Of a DNA stretch of 55,570 nucleotides, positions 48,020 to 55,570 are shown piece after piece. The stretch covers positions 1 to 55,570 of IMG/VR virus record IMGVR_UViG_3300024257_000013; one strand, written 5' to 3'. The notes below the pieces were generated by a model, which saw only the letters and a list, made by a program, of their open reading frames with translations, did no database searches and was not told the origin of the DNA. The position numbers and the translations under genes are program-made. Numbering within the stretch: the stretch's first letter is position 1; every line of letters starts with the position of its first letter. This stretch comes from a virus (lineage: Duplodnaviria; Caudoviricetes).

Positions 48020-49042
48020 TTAGCTTAGTGCATATGAACTGTTCAGGATGTCTTCACTTAAGTCTGAGCTGTATTTATTAATTACAGCTTCTTGACCTGA
48101 AATATCAAATAATACATTTTTGAGAATATCCATATCAGCAAGTTCTGCCATAACTTCTCTGTATATTTTGACTAATGCTCCTGCATTACAAGGATGTACT
48201 CCATAAGAATCGTGAATAGTAGTAATATCAAAGTCACACCTAAGTACAACTTCTTCCAGTACTTCGGAATCTAACCAATGACATATGTTAGCTGGTAAAC
48301 TTGCATCATTACTACGAGCCATACACACCTCAAAACGTTGAGTAAACGTACTATGATCAAGTTCATCTACTTCAATTCTTGCATCAATAAAGTCTTTAAC
48401 ATTGTATACCACAGTATTTCTATCTAACCCTAACCAGATATACTGAGAACTGAGAGGTTCTACATAGCTATTGATAACTTCTTTAGCTACTTCAGCACCA
48501 GGAGTAATTTCTGATAATACGTTATAAAAAACTTTTAATTGAGTATCGTTAAATATCCTTTTAGGCACAGCTTTAGAATTATAATTGTGAGTCATAATTG
48601 CATCTTTAACATGTATTCGTTTTAATCCTTCACCTGTTTTAACTAATTTAATACGCAATTGAGGAGATAATTGCTTATTCATTAGCTTTACAGTATTAGT
48701 GTAAAGATCAGGTCTTTTACCAGTATTAATTAAACCACACTGCTTAGCAGTCTCTTTACAACCACTTAAGATAGCCATCATTTGATGTCCACTATTTACA
48801 CTGTCTAAATGCATGATGTGGCCTGTAGGTTTACCGTTTAAGGTGTCTCTATAGGCTATTAATGCTTTACGGTATAGTAATGGTTCATCTGCATATCTAA
48901 TGATTTTCCATAGTTGATCTAATGTCCTTTCATTAACCCATGTTAACCTTTTATCCCAGGTTAATTTATCTTTACCATATGTATTGGCAATATCAATCTT
49001 AAGCCAATCAAGAGGAGTAAATTTATCAGTAATATTACACAT
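48020..49042 (-). CDS. RNA polymerase II subunit 2 (N4 gp16-like)
   Basis: WLKIDIANTYGKDK, LDSVNSG (motif A), R..VK.AIMT..Y (motif B), ANICH..D, TIHDS (motif C), SSYALS end. Confidence 0.9.
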   Translation of the reverse strand: MCNITDKFTPLDWLKIDIANTYGKDKLTWDKRLTWVNERTLDQLWKIIRYADEPLLYRKALIAYRDTLNGKPTGHIMHLDSVNSGHQMMAILSGCKETAKQCGLINTGKRPDLYTNTVKLMNKQLSPQLRIKLVKTGEGLKRIHVKDAIMTHNYNSKAVPKRIFNDTQLKVFYNVLSEITPGAEVAKEVINSYVEPLSSQYIWLGLDRNTVVYNVKDFIDARIEVDELDHSTFTQRFEVCMARSNDASLPANICHWLDSEVLEEVVLRCDFDITTIHDSYGVHPCNAGALVKIYREVMAELADMDILKNVLFDISGQEAVINKYSSDLSEDILNSSYALS

Positions 49043-49101
49043 ATTGTTTTTCCTTATTTGTTTCTCTTTATTATTAGCCCTCCGTTAAGAGGGCAAACAA
49101 A

Positions 49102-49347
49102 TTACGCCCAGTACATAGCCTTCGAGAGCTTAAAGAACTCTTCGGGTGTAACAATGCTACCGTCGACGGATACATCGATTGCTATGTTGGCAGTGTATAT
49201 GCCGACATAGTAATGTACCTTCACTCGCATATCTTTGAAAACACCGATATAGAATCTGCTGGTCTTGATTTGGATAAAGTCCTTGATAGGGGCTTTACGC
49301 ACAATTGCTAAAAGAGATAAAAGTAGTAAACGTTGTTCATTATTCAT
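49102..49347 (-). CDS. Hypothetical protein between the RNAPII subunits
   Basis: 81 aa with AGGAG RBS. Confidence 0.55.
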   Translation of the reverse strand: MNNEQRLLLLSLLAIVRKAPIKDFIQIKTSRFYIGVFKDMRVKVHYYVGIYTANIAIDVSVDGSIVTPEEFFKLSKAMYWA

Positions 49348-49357
49348 GTTATTTCTC

Positions 49358-50248
49358 CTAATCTGTTATTAGTTGTTTATCGCTAAATTCAAGTAAAGAA
49401 CGTTTATATTTTGTACCTTGTAAATTTACATGATAACCAAGACTATAAATTCTTCCTCTAAAGTCTTTTTTATGTACAAAATAGAACTTGTTACCAGCAT
49501 TAATGAGCTTATTGCAAGTGTCTCTAGACTGTTTAACATGCAAATAAAACTGTTTAAGAGCTTTTTCCTTTAATGGTTTGGTAGGCAGTTCTTCTTGCTC
49601 AAGCATTTCTTCATTAATGCTGAAGCTAACTTGTTGTAACTGGTTAATGGCACAAGTATCTATCCAGTAATCATGTTGATTTAATCTGCCAAGTATTACT
49701 GAATCAGTAGCCGTTAGATATCCACCACGGTAACTGGTACTATCCCAATCTCTTGGGATGCATAACATTGGAGGTAAGAAAGAAGTTCTTTCAATAAACT
49801 CTAGTGCAGTAGTACTTAACGTATAATGACTTTCAATAGCTAATGTATCAGTATGATTTGTAGTAGTTGCTCTATGATGTAGAGAATACAAACCAACATT
49901 ACTGCAGACAGCTATCAATTCGCTTGCAGTTTTAAGTCCTTCTAACTGATCATCAAAATCCAGATAATTACTCAATAAGGCCACTGCTTGCTGTATTGGC
50001 ACAATACCTTCTAAAGGTAAAATGACAATATGCATTTCAATAGCTAAATCCAGGGTATTAAAAGGACTTAGTTGCTGAATACGAGTATTTTTGCTGTCGT
50101 AATATATCTTTGCTCTGTACTCTGCAATTGCTTCAGCCATAGGCCAAAGTAGACTATCACTACCACAATCTATATCTTTTAAGATAACGGCATGTATATT
50201 CTTTCTGCTGTACATTTCTTCAACGATTTCTTGTTCAATCTTCATCAT
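49358..50248 (-). CDS. RNA polymerase II subunit 1 (N4 gp15-like)
   Basis: LPPMLCIP, GGYLT, DFRGRIYSLGYHVNLQG. Confidence 0.9.
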   Translation of the reverse strand: MMKIEQEIVEEMYSRKNIHAVILKDIDCGSDSLLWPMAEAIAEYRAKIYYDSKNTRIQQLSPFNTLDLAIEMHIVILPLEGIVPIQQAVALLSNYLDFDDQLEGLKTASELIAVCSNVGLYSLHHRATTTNHTDTLAIESHYTLSTTALEFIERTSFLPPMLCIPRDWDSTSYRGGYLTATDSVILGRLNQHDYWIDTCAINQLQQVSFSINEEMLEQEELPTKPLKEKALKQFYLHVKQSRDTCNKLINAGNKFYFVHKKDFRGRIYSLGYHVNLQGTKYKRSLLEFSDKQLITD

Positions 50249-50316
50249 TCTATCCCTTGCTAAAAATCAATAAAATAGCTAAGAGAGTGCTATTACACAC
50301 TCTCAAAGCTTACTAC

Positions 50317-50553
50317 TTAAAACTGCACAGGAGGTTTGTCCTTTGTATCAACGCCAATGACGTTAATGTAAGACTTAATCTTAAATTTCGCATCTTTGTT
50401 ATCGATCATGCCTGTGTGAACAGGGTTTTCTAAATGCAGAGGTACTCCCCCTACCTGATGCCATTGTCCGGCAGCATCACGCACAGCGATATTAAGGAAT
50501 GCATCAGCCTTTTTAAAACTATTAATTACGGCAGCACTGGTTTTCTTTTCCAT
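50317..50553 (-). CDS. N4 gp2/Drc-like ssDNA-binding RNAPII cofactor
   Basis: KADAFLNI...GGVPL motif and position upstream of RNAPII. Confidence 0.55.
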   Translation of the reverse strand: MEKKTSAAVINSFKKADAFLNIAVRDAAGQWHQVGGVPLHLENPVHTGMIDNKDAKFKIKSYINVIGVDTKDKPPVQF

Positions 50554-51290
50554 GACAATATTTACCTATAGGATAAATTAACAGACATACGGGATTGCAT
50601 GTCGTTTTTTGTACCATCAGCAGGCAACCAACAAGAATGGAGTCAAGAAGAGAGCAGCACAACAGGTGGTGATGTTGTGTTTTGTGTTTCAAACAGATAG
50701 CACCCACCCCAATAACGGAGTGAGTGCAAACGGAGCTAGGAACTACTGTGCTATTGCTTGTTTAACTAGCTTGAGTTCAGCTTCTGTAAGGTTGTTTTCA
50801 AGGATAGTTAAGTAAACTAGCAGGCTTTTGCTGTTGCGAGCTATTAGTTCTTCGATGTTGTTAACGATGGTGCTTAAGTGTTTATTCATGGTTGTCTCCT
50901 AATAATTATTCAATGGTACAAGCAACCAGGTGGTTGACTTATACCATTATTTAAAACTACGTTGAATACAGCTCGTAGCCATTGTAAGTTGATCCCTCTA
51001 GCTCATCAGCAATAAAGTTAAACTCTTGCTGACTTGTCCATTGGGCTATCATGGATAACGCTCTCTCATAGTCATCTTTTGGGATAACTATAAAAGTTTC
51101 TTCTTTTGTTCCTAATGGAATACACATGCTGACCTCCTAATAATTATGTAAATATGCAATTGTATCGGCTATCTGGAAGAGAATCCCAGTAGGCTTCTTG
51201 CCTTAAGCATTCTACTTCGTATTGCTCTAAATCACCCATCTTAGTCTCCAAAATTGAGCACCATACCCTAATTGGTATGATGCATTTATA

Positions 51291-51593
51291 TTACAGCTGG
51301 TTGCTCCACCATCTCCAGAATGCTCTGGGACAGCTGTCACCATCAGGACAATCAACACCCTGACTTGATAGTGACGCGGATAAGAACGCTGCTTGATCTT
51401 TATAGTCACCACCATAATTATCAAATAGCGAGTTATCCTGTCTAGCAATATCCATAGCTTGTGCTATAGATACCTGACCAGCTACTGCCTCTACATCCAT
51501 GTCCCAAATGTCAGTAACATCTGGGTTGTTAAAAGCATCCACATAGTCCTTTACGTGGTGAAGTTGTATCTTCATATGATCTCCTTTAATCAA
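51291..51593 (-). CDS. Hypothetical early protein
   Basis: ORF with AAGGAG before MKIQL. Confidence 0.55.
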   Translation of the reverse strand: MIKGDHMKIQLHHVKDYVDAFNNPDVTDIWDMDVEAVAGQVSIAQAMDIARQDNSLFDNYGGDYKDQAAFLSASLSSQGVDCPDGDSCPRAFWRWWSNQL

Positions 51594-51834
51594 CGAAGTT
51601 AATTACAGGCTGCTTCAACAACCCGTCCAACGCAACAAGATCGTTGCTTAATGACTGGCGAATATACCAGTCCTTCAAGTCCATAAATTGCTTTTGGACT
51701 TTATTACCTGCTCCAGGCATACGAGCAATGTCGTATTGTGGAGTTAATAGAGCTGTTTTAAGGCTCCAGTTTTTCACATTGGCATGAAACCAACGGTTAG
51801 TACTAGTGAGTGCTTTACTCATTTTAGTCTCCAA
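51586..51834 (-). CDS. Hypothetical early protein
   Basis: GGAG RBS before MSKAL. Confidence 0.5.
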   Translation of the reverse strand: METKMSKALTSTNRWFHANVKNWSLKTALLTPQYDIARMPGAGNKVQKQFMDLKDWYIRQSLSNDLVALDGLLKQPVINFVD

Positions 51835-52071
51835 GGTATGTATATTAATGTGGGTTAACTGCGTAGGAATACGGTTAACGTAGTATGTGCCAGATATTTC
51901 CTTTGTTAAGGTTATGTATCTGGTACTTCATGTTTTATACCGTCAGAATGGCACGGAGAGCCACTGTAAGCGATTATTGGGATAGAGGAAGGTGATGAGT
52001 AAGGAACAAAGTAACGTACCGTAACACCTCTTATATCTCTATCTTTGTGTGTTGTTGTGTTATTTGTGTTG

Positions 52072-52100
52072 AAAAAAACCCCTTACCCGAAGGTAAGAGG
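52072..52100 (-). terminator. Rho-independent terminator with UUCG loop
   Basis: Minus strand CTTACC-TTCG-GGTAAG followed by G4 and T7. Confidence 0.8.
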
Positions 52101-52108
52101 TAAATTTG

Positions 52109-52321
52109 TTACACTAAGCCAAGACGTTTTCTTGTCTCGTTCAGTTCAGCTTCACCCTCTGCAAGACGTAAGTCTTGTAGTTGGTGAAGATTATCTACTT
52201 CCTTTTCTGCCAGTTTGACTGTCTTTTCTACGGTCTCTGCAGATACTACAAGAGTATTGGCTGTTGCACTTATGACACGCTTAAGATCTGCCCAGATACC
52301 ACGATGTTGTTGTTGTTCCAT
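52109..52321 (-). CDS. First early gene (N4 gp1-like)
   Basis: Helical Ala/Thr/Val-rich 70 aa; GGAGG RBS; first gene of the leftward block. Confidence 0.5.
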   Translation of the reverse strand: MEQQQHRGIWADLKRVISATANTLVVSAETVEKTVKLAEKEVDNLHQLQDLRLAEGEAELNETRKRLGLV

Positions 52322-52572
52322 GATTCACCTCCGGAGTGAATGATTTGATAGCTTAAGTGCTACCATGTTATGTACCGCCAGATAGGCACACTGGTTCAAA
52401 ATAAAGATAGTTATGAAGACACCCAGGGGGGGTACCTTCCTTTTTCCTTTGTCCAGTGTGTAAGTAATGCCTTTATACAAAATTATAAAATTTTCAAAAA
52501 GTTGAAACTCAGCTCCCCTATAAAATTATTATTTTTGTGGGTAAACCTTTTGGTAAATTATATTTTACTTTC

Positions 52573-52581
52573 TGGTATACT
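52573..52581 (+). promoter_or_regulatory. Extended -10 host sigma70-type promoter
   Basis: TG-G-TATACT about 30 nt upstream of the ATG at 52613. Confidence 0.45.
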
Positions 52582-52612
52582 TGTGGTTCTTTAAACAGTA
52601 CAGAGACATAAT

Positions 52613-52921
52613 ATGAGTTATCAAGATATAGAGAACGAAATGCAGGAAAAAGGGTTAACTGCTCCACGGATTACGCCTGCGGATATTGAGAGTAAAATCT
52701 TTTCTGAAGAATTTATTCTGCAGCCAGCTGGTACGACGCTGACAATTTGTATTTTAATGTTGAAAAATGGTTATACGGTGACCGGTGAGAGTGCGTGTGC
52801 ATCTCCTGAAAACTTTGATCAGGATATGGGTATGAAAATAGCACGGAAAAATGCTGCAGATAAAGTATGGACCCTGGAAGGTTACCTGCTGAAAGAGAAA
52901 CTTTTTACCGGAGAACTGTAA
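52613..52921 (+). CDS. Phage Gp49/Sf6 gp66 family protein (family includes the Acb4 cyclic-nucleotide sponge)
   Basis: APRIT...TLTICIL.LKNGYTVTGESACASPENFD...G.KIA...A..KVW.LEGYLL. Confidence 0.85.
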   Translation: MSYQDIENEMQEKGLTAPRITPADIESKIFSEEFILQPAGTTLTICILMLKNGYTVTGESACASPENFDQDMGMKIARKNAADKVWTLEGYLLKEKLFTGEL

Positions 52922-53481
52922 TGACTGATGAAAATACACAAGATATTCAGATGGACGATGAAGAACATATTTCCCACAAAATTGTAAAACGCTTACCGAT
53001 GACACGGTTAGAGTATAACAATTTCCGTAAATGGGATCTGCCAGTAGATGAAAACGGAGCAGATCCTGGCTATCTGGTCGAATACCTATACGGTGGTGAG
53101 CCAAATGTTTCAGGTTTTGAAGGGTATGTTAGTTGGAGTCCTAAAAAACAATTTGATGATGGATGCACACTGGCTGCTGTTTCAGAAAAGTCGCTTAATA
53201 CTGCTGATCAGGATGGTTGCCGGAAGAATGTTACGGATGTTGTAATTTTTGGTGAAGATCTTTATAAGTTGCTGAGTAAGGCCAGCTCCAAACGAGAGGG
53301 TTGGATGAAATCTTCTAAGGCGATGGAGACTCCTAATGGGTGTGTAGTTCAGGTTACCACGCAACAGAGAAATTTTGATGGTACTTATTCGCTGGCTGAA
53401 GCGTTGACGTTTGTGCCTCATGTGAAAATTATTGAGACAAAAGATGAAGATGGGGCAGTAACTGGCCGGAGGCTTATGTAA
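52921..53481 (+). CDS. Two-domain protein, candidate anti-defence sponge fusion
   Basis: N-domain PMTRLEYN..R.W..P.DEN..D.GYLVEY...GYVSWSPK..F, which I recall fused to Tad2/Acb2-type domains. C-domain KASS..EGWMKS.KAME...GCVVQVTTQQ. Confidence 0.6.
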   Translation: MTDENTQDIQMDDEEHISHKIVKRLPMTRLEYNNFRKWDLPVDENGADPGYLVEYLYGGEPNVSGFEGYVSWSPKKQFDDGCTLAAVSEKSLNTADQDGCRKNVTDVVIFGEDLYKLLSKASSKREGWMKSSKAMETPNGCVVQVTTQQRNFDGTYSLAEALTFVPHVKIIETKDEDGAVTGRRLM

Positions 53482-53669
53482 TGACTCCAATACTCAGATA
53501 CTTTGAATACTCCCATCTCCCAGTAGATTTGCAAAGTGTTAGCGTGACTATTTCAAAAGCTGCTCATGAGTTAGATGAGAAGCTGCCGGATGGTCCTGAG
53601 AAATCTGCAGGTTTGCGGAAATTGCTGGAAGCAAAGGATTGTTTTGTTCGTGCAGCACTGGTAAAGTAA
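53481..53669 (+). CDS. Small helical-hairpin protein, Acb2/Tad1-hairpin-like
   Basis: F.YSHLP..LQ.VS...LPDGPEKSAGLRKLLEAKDCFVRA. Confidence 0.6.
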   Translation: MTPILRYFEYSHLPVDLQSVSVTISKAAHELDEKLPDGPEKSAGLRKLLEAKDCFVRAALVK

Positions 53670-53766
53670 GTGAATGAACTTATTTAATCAACATTGCCCG
53701 GAACAAAATCCATCTAGACGTGGAGGTTGTGTTGTGTAAGTAAGATTAATTTGCTGAACACCAAAT

Positions 53767-53801
53767 AAAACCTCTACTGATTACGTCGTAGGGGTTTTTT
53801 A
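53767..53801 (+). terminator. Rho-independent terminator
   Basis: AAAACCTCTAC-loop-GTAGGGGTTTTTT. Confidence 0.7.
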
Positions 53802-53804
53802 TGT

Positions 53805-53863
53805 GTGGCCATAGCTCAGTTGGTAGAGCAAATGCCTGTGGCGCATACTGCCTGGGTTCGACC
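53805..53863 (+). pseudogene. Truncated tRNA-His(GTG)
   Basis: GTGGCCA-TA-GCTCAGTTGGTAGAGC D-arm, ATGC-CTGTGGC-GCAT anticodon arm, GGTTCGA; 3' T-stem and acceptor strand missing. Confidence 0.7.
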
Positions 53864-53869
53864 AATTAT

Positions 53870-53944
53870 ATCCCCGTGGACAACCGGTCAAGTCACTGGG
53901 CTTTCATCCCAGCATAGCGAGTTCGATTCTCGCCGGGGATACCA
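53870..53944 (+). tRNA. tRNA-Glu(TTC)
   Basis: ATCCCCG/CGGGGAT acceptor stem, CTGGG-CTTTCAT-CCCAG anticodon arm, GCGAG-TTCGATT-CTCGC T arm, encoded ACCA. Confidence 0.95.
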
Positions 53945-53949
53945 TTTTT

Positions 53950-54096
53950 AAACCTGTTCCTTCGGGCATCGAAAGCTCAATTCTTTCCACACCCACCAAT
54001 TTTTAGTTTCCCGAACGGCTGGCGGCATAGGCACAGGCGCAGCCTGGGCATATCCGGTGCCCCCCCGGGCACCAGCCAGCTTATGAGGGACAGTTT
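53950..54096 (+). ncRNA. Candidate GC-rich structured small RNA
   Basis: Helices CTGTTCCTT/GAGGGACAG, GGCTGGC/GCCAGCT, CAGGC/GCCTG and GGTGCCC/GGGCACC. Confidence 0.5.
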
Positions 54097-54109
54097 CTGG
54101 TTACTTACA

Positions 54110-54237
54110 TAATATTACTAATTGTTCATAAAGTTAATTTATGAAGTATTATTGCCCTTATTTCTTCTTCCTCCTTCCATAAGAAAACGTGCAAAAAATA
54201 CTTCATAAATTAATTTTACTCACAATTACTAATATTA
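54110..54237. repeat. Long AT-rich imperfect inverted repeat (~46-bp arms)
   Basis: 54110-54155 pairs with 54191-54237; perfect core TTAATTTATGAAGTATT. Confidence 0.8.
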
Positions 54238-54469
54238 TTGGTTTGGCGGCACTATTGCGAGCACGTAAGAATATATAAAGAGAAATTATTTTTAGTTGCT
54301 AAGTGTTTGATTTTAAACACATTGCAATTTCCACCTGTGTTCAGGCTGGAACACATTTGTACCGCGGCTGGACCACAAACAGCAATATTGATCAGCTAAA
54401 CTGGTACATTTGGTGTTTTTTGTTTAAATTATGTGGTATTATTATTGGCACATTAGCCAGGAAAGAACT

Positions 54470-54877
54470 ATGAAAGATTATTTAGACGCAAATAGATATA
54501 CGCTTACAGACAACGAAACAGGAGAAATAATGTATGTTGATAGTATTGCTAAAGAAGCTGATAAACGCTACTGGGAGAAAACGTATGCCAAAACTATAGC
54601 TGAATGCTTTGAGTTAGTTGGAAACGCACCAACTAAGGTTCTTGCACATTTTTTAAGGATTAAAGATTCTAACAATCAAATAAACGGAACTGTAAGAGAA
54701 ATGGCTAAAGATATGGAAGTGTCCAAGACTACGGTGACTAGAGTAATGAGCGTATTAACAGAAGCAGGTTTTATGAAGAAACGTAGAAGCGGTTGTTATA
54801 TGCTATCTCCTGACGTAATAAAGCACGGCAGTAGAGGTAAAGGAATTATGGTGTTAATGTTATGGAAAGGCTTGTAA
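54470..54877 (+). CDS. RepL-like winged-HTH protein
   Basis: KVL..FL..KDSNNQI.GT.RE.A....VS..TV..VM..L....F......G.YML.P. Confidence 0.7.
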   Translation: MKDYLDANRYTLTDNETGEIMYVDSIAKEADKRYWEKTYAKTIAECFELVGNAPTKVLAHFLRIKDSNNQINGTVREMAKDMEVSKTTVTRVMSVLTEAGFMKKRRSGCYMLSPDVIKHGSRGKGIMVLMLWKGL

Positions 54878-54972
54878 TAGCAGTATCTGATGGCAAGCAA
54901 GATGATTTAGAAAGCATTATTAAAGAGTTAGAAGTTCACGTTAACGTGCCATAAAACATATGGAGTAATCTT

Positions 54973-55098
54973 ATGAAACTTACTAAAATTGAGGAGAAGC
55001 GGCTAATTAAAAAAGCCCATAAACTTATTGACCGAATCGAGAGCAATCTTGACCTCATTGTCAAAGCAGTTAGTTCAAAGCAACAGAAGGCAGCATAA
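54973..55098 (+). CDS. Small hypothetical protein (41 aa; not in ORF track)
   Basis: GGAG RBS; MKLTKIEEKRLIKKAHKLIDRIESNLDLIVKAVSSKQQKAA. Confidence 0.45.
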   Translation: MKLTKIEEKRLIKKAHKLIDRIESNLDLIVKAVSSKQQKAA

Positions 55099-55305
55099 AA
55101 AGAAAAATAAGCCAATTACAGGTACTACCTCATTTCAAGTAAGCGTCACTAGTGGTAATGAGCTTTCATATAATGAGTATTCAGATGGTGTGTCATACAT
55201 ACCAAGCGATGCTAACTTGGAAACAAATAAAGTTATTTCTAAATTGCAAAAATATAGTTAAGTAAGCTACACTGTTTGGATAAACTGGCTTTACTACTTA
55301 ACTTT

Positions 55306-55551
55306 ATGACAAAAAATTTGCAAGAATATCTAAAATTAGCTGATTCCAAATCTGTTGATGTGCTGCTGTGGGTACTCGATAACCGCACAAATGATAATCG
55401 GCTTTATTCCACATTAGATTCCATAGCCGTTTCTTGTAACGTCACAAAAGTGACGGTTAGTAAGTTGTTTCAGAAATTATACAAAGCTGAATTTATATAT
55501 AAAATACGAAACGGTCAATACCAGCTAATAAATATCGATGGCATTCTTTAA
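55306..55551 (+). CDS. Second RepL-like winged-HTH protein
   Basis: VLLWVLDN...DNRL.ST...IA..CNVT..TV.K.F.KL....FI.KIRNGQY; upstream TTGCAA-N18-TACACT promoter-like sequence. Confidence 0.65.
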   Translation: MTKNLQEYLKLADSKSVDVLLWVLDNRTNDNRLYSTLDSIAVSCNVTKVTVSKLFQKLYKAEFIYKIRNGQYQLINIDGIL

Positions 55552-55570
55552 AAGAAAAGATATTGGCCGG

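Noticed and set aside
50912-50948. Imperfect hairpin AATGGTACAAGCAACC/GGTTGACTTATACCATT as a novel element
   Set aside because: A single intergenic hairpin consistent with an ordinary processing or stability stem, with no further support.
53950-54096. Hammerhead or HDV-like (theta) ribozyme
   Set aside because: CTTATGA departs from the CUGANGA core, and I could not build an HDV-type pseudoknot starting at the tRNA 3' end.
1-55570. Alternative genetic code or stop-codon recoding
   Set aside because: Long conserved genes translate intact in the standard code and there is no suppressor tRNA.

Overview
This window is about 55.6 kb of an AT-rich lytic phage genome of the N4-like (Schitoviridae) type, apparently circularly permuted. 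The + strand at 1-22.3 kb is the late/virion block: gp54-gp51-like proteins and a virion RNA polymerase locus that appears split into a 1515-aa N-terminal part (with a Dda-like helicase) and a 2312-aa T7-fold polymerase, with a holin and a large tail-like gene between them. The - strand at 22.3-52.3 kb holds replication and early/middle genes: SSB, AAA ATPase, PD-(D/E)XK nuclease, split DNA polymerase A, primase, MoxR-type AAA with its partner, an intein-containing helicase, ThyA and two-subunit RNAPII. The + strand after a probable genome-end junction near 52.4-52.6 kb carries putative nucleotide-signal sponge genes, tRNA-Glu, a truncated tRNA-His and two RepL-like genes. The most notable unexplained elements are a ~550-nt highly structured non-coding element (47.36-47.91 kb), an array of three stem-closed RNA-like domains separated by a conserved 12-nt linker (23.4-23.7 kb), and a radical SAM gene flanked by integron-like attC sites. 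All family calls come from recognising motifs by eye; no database searches were run.
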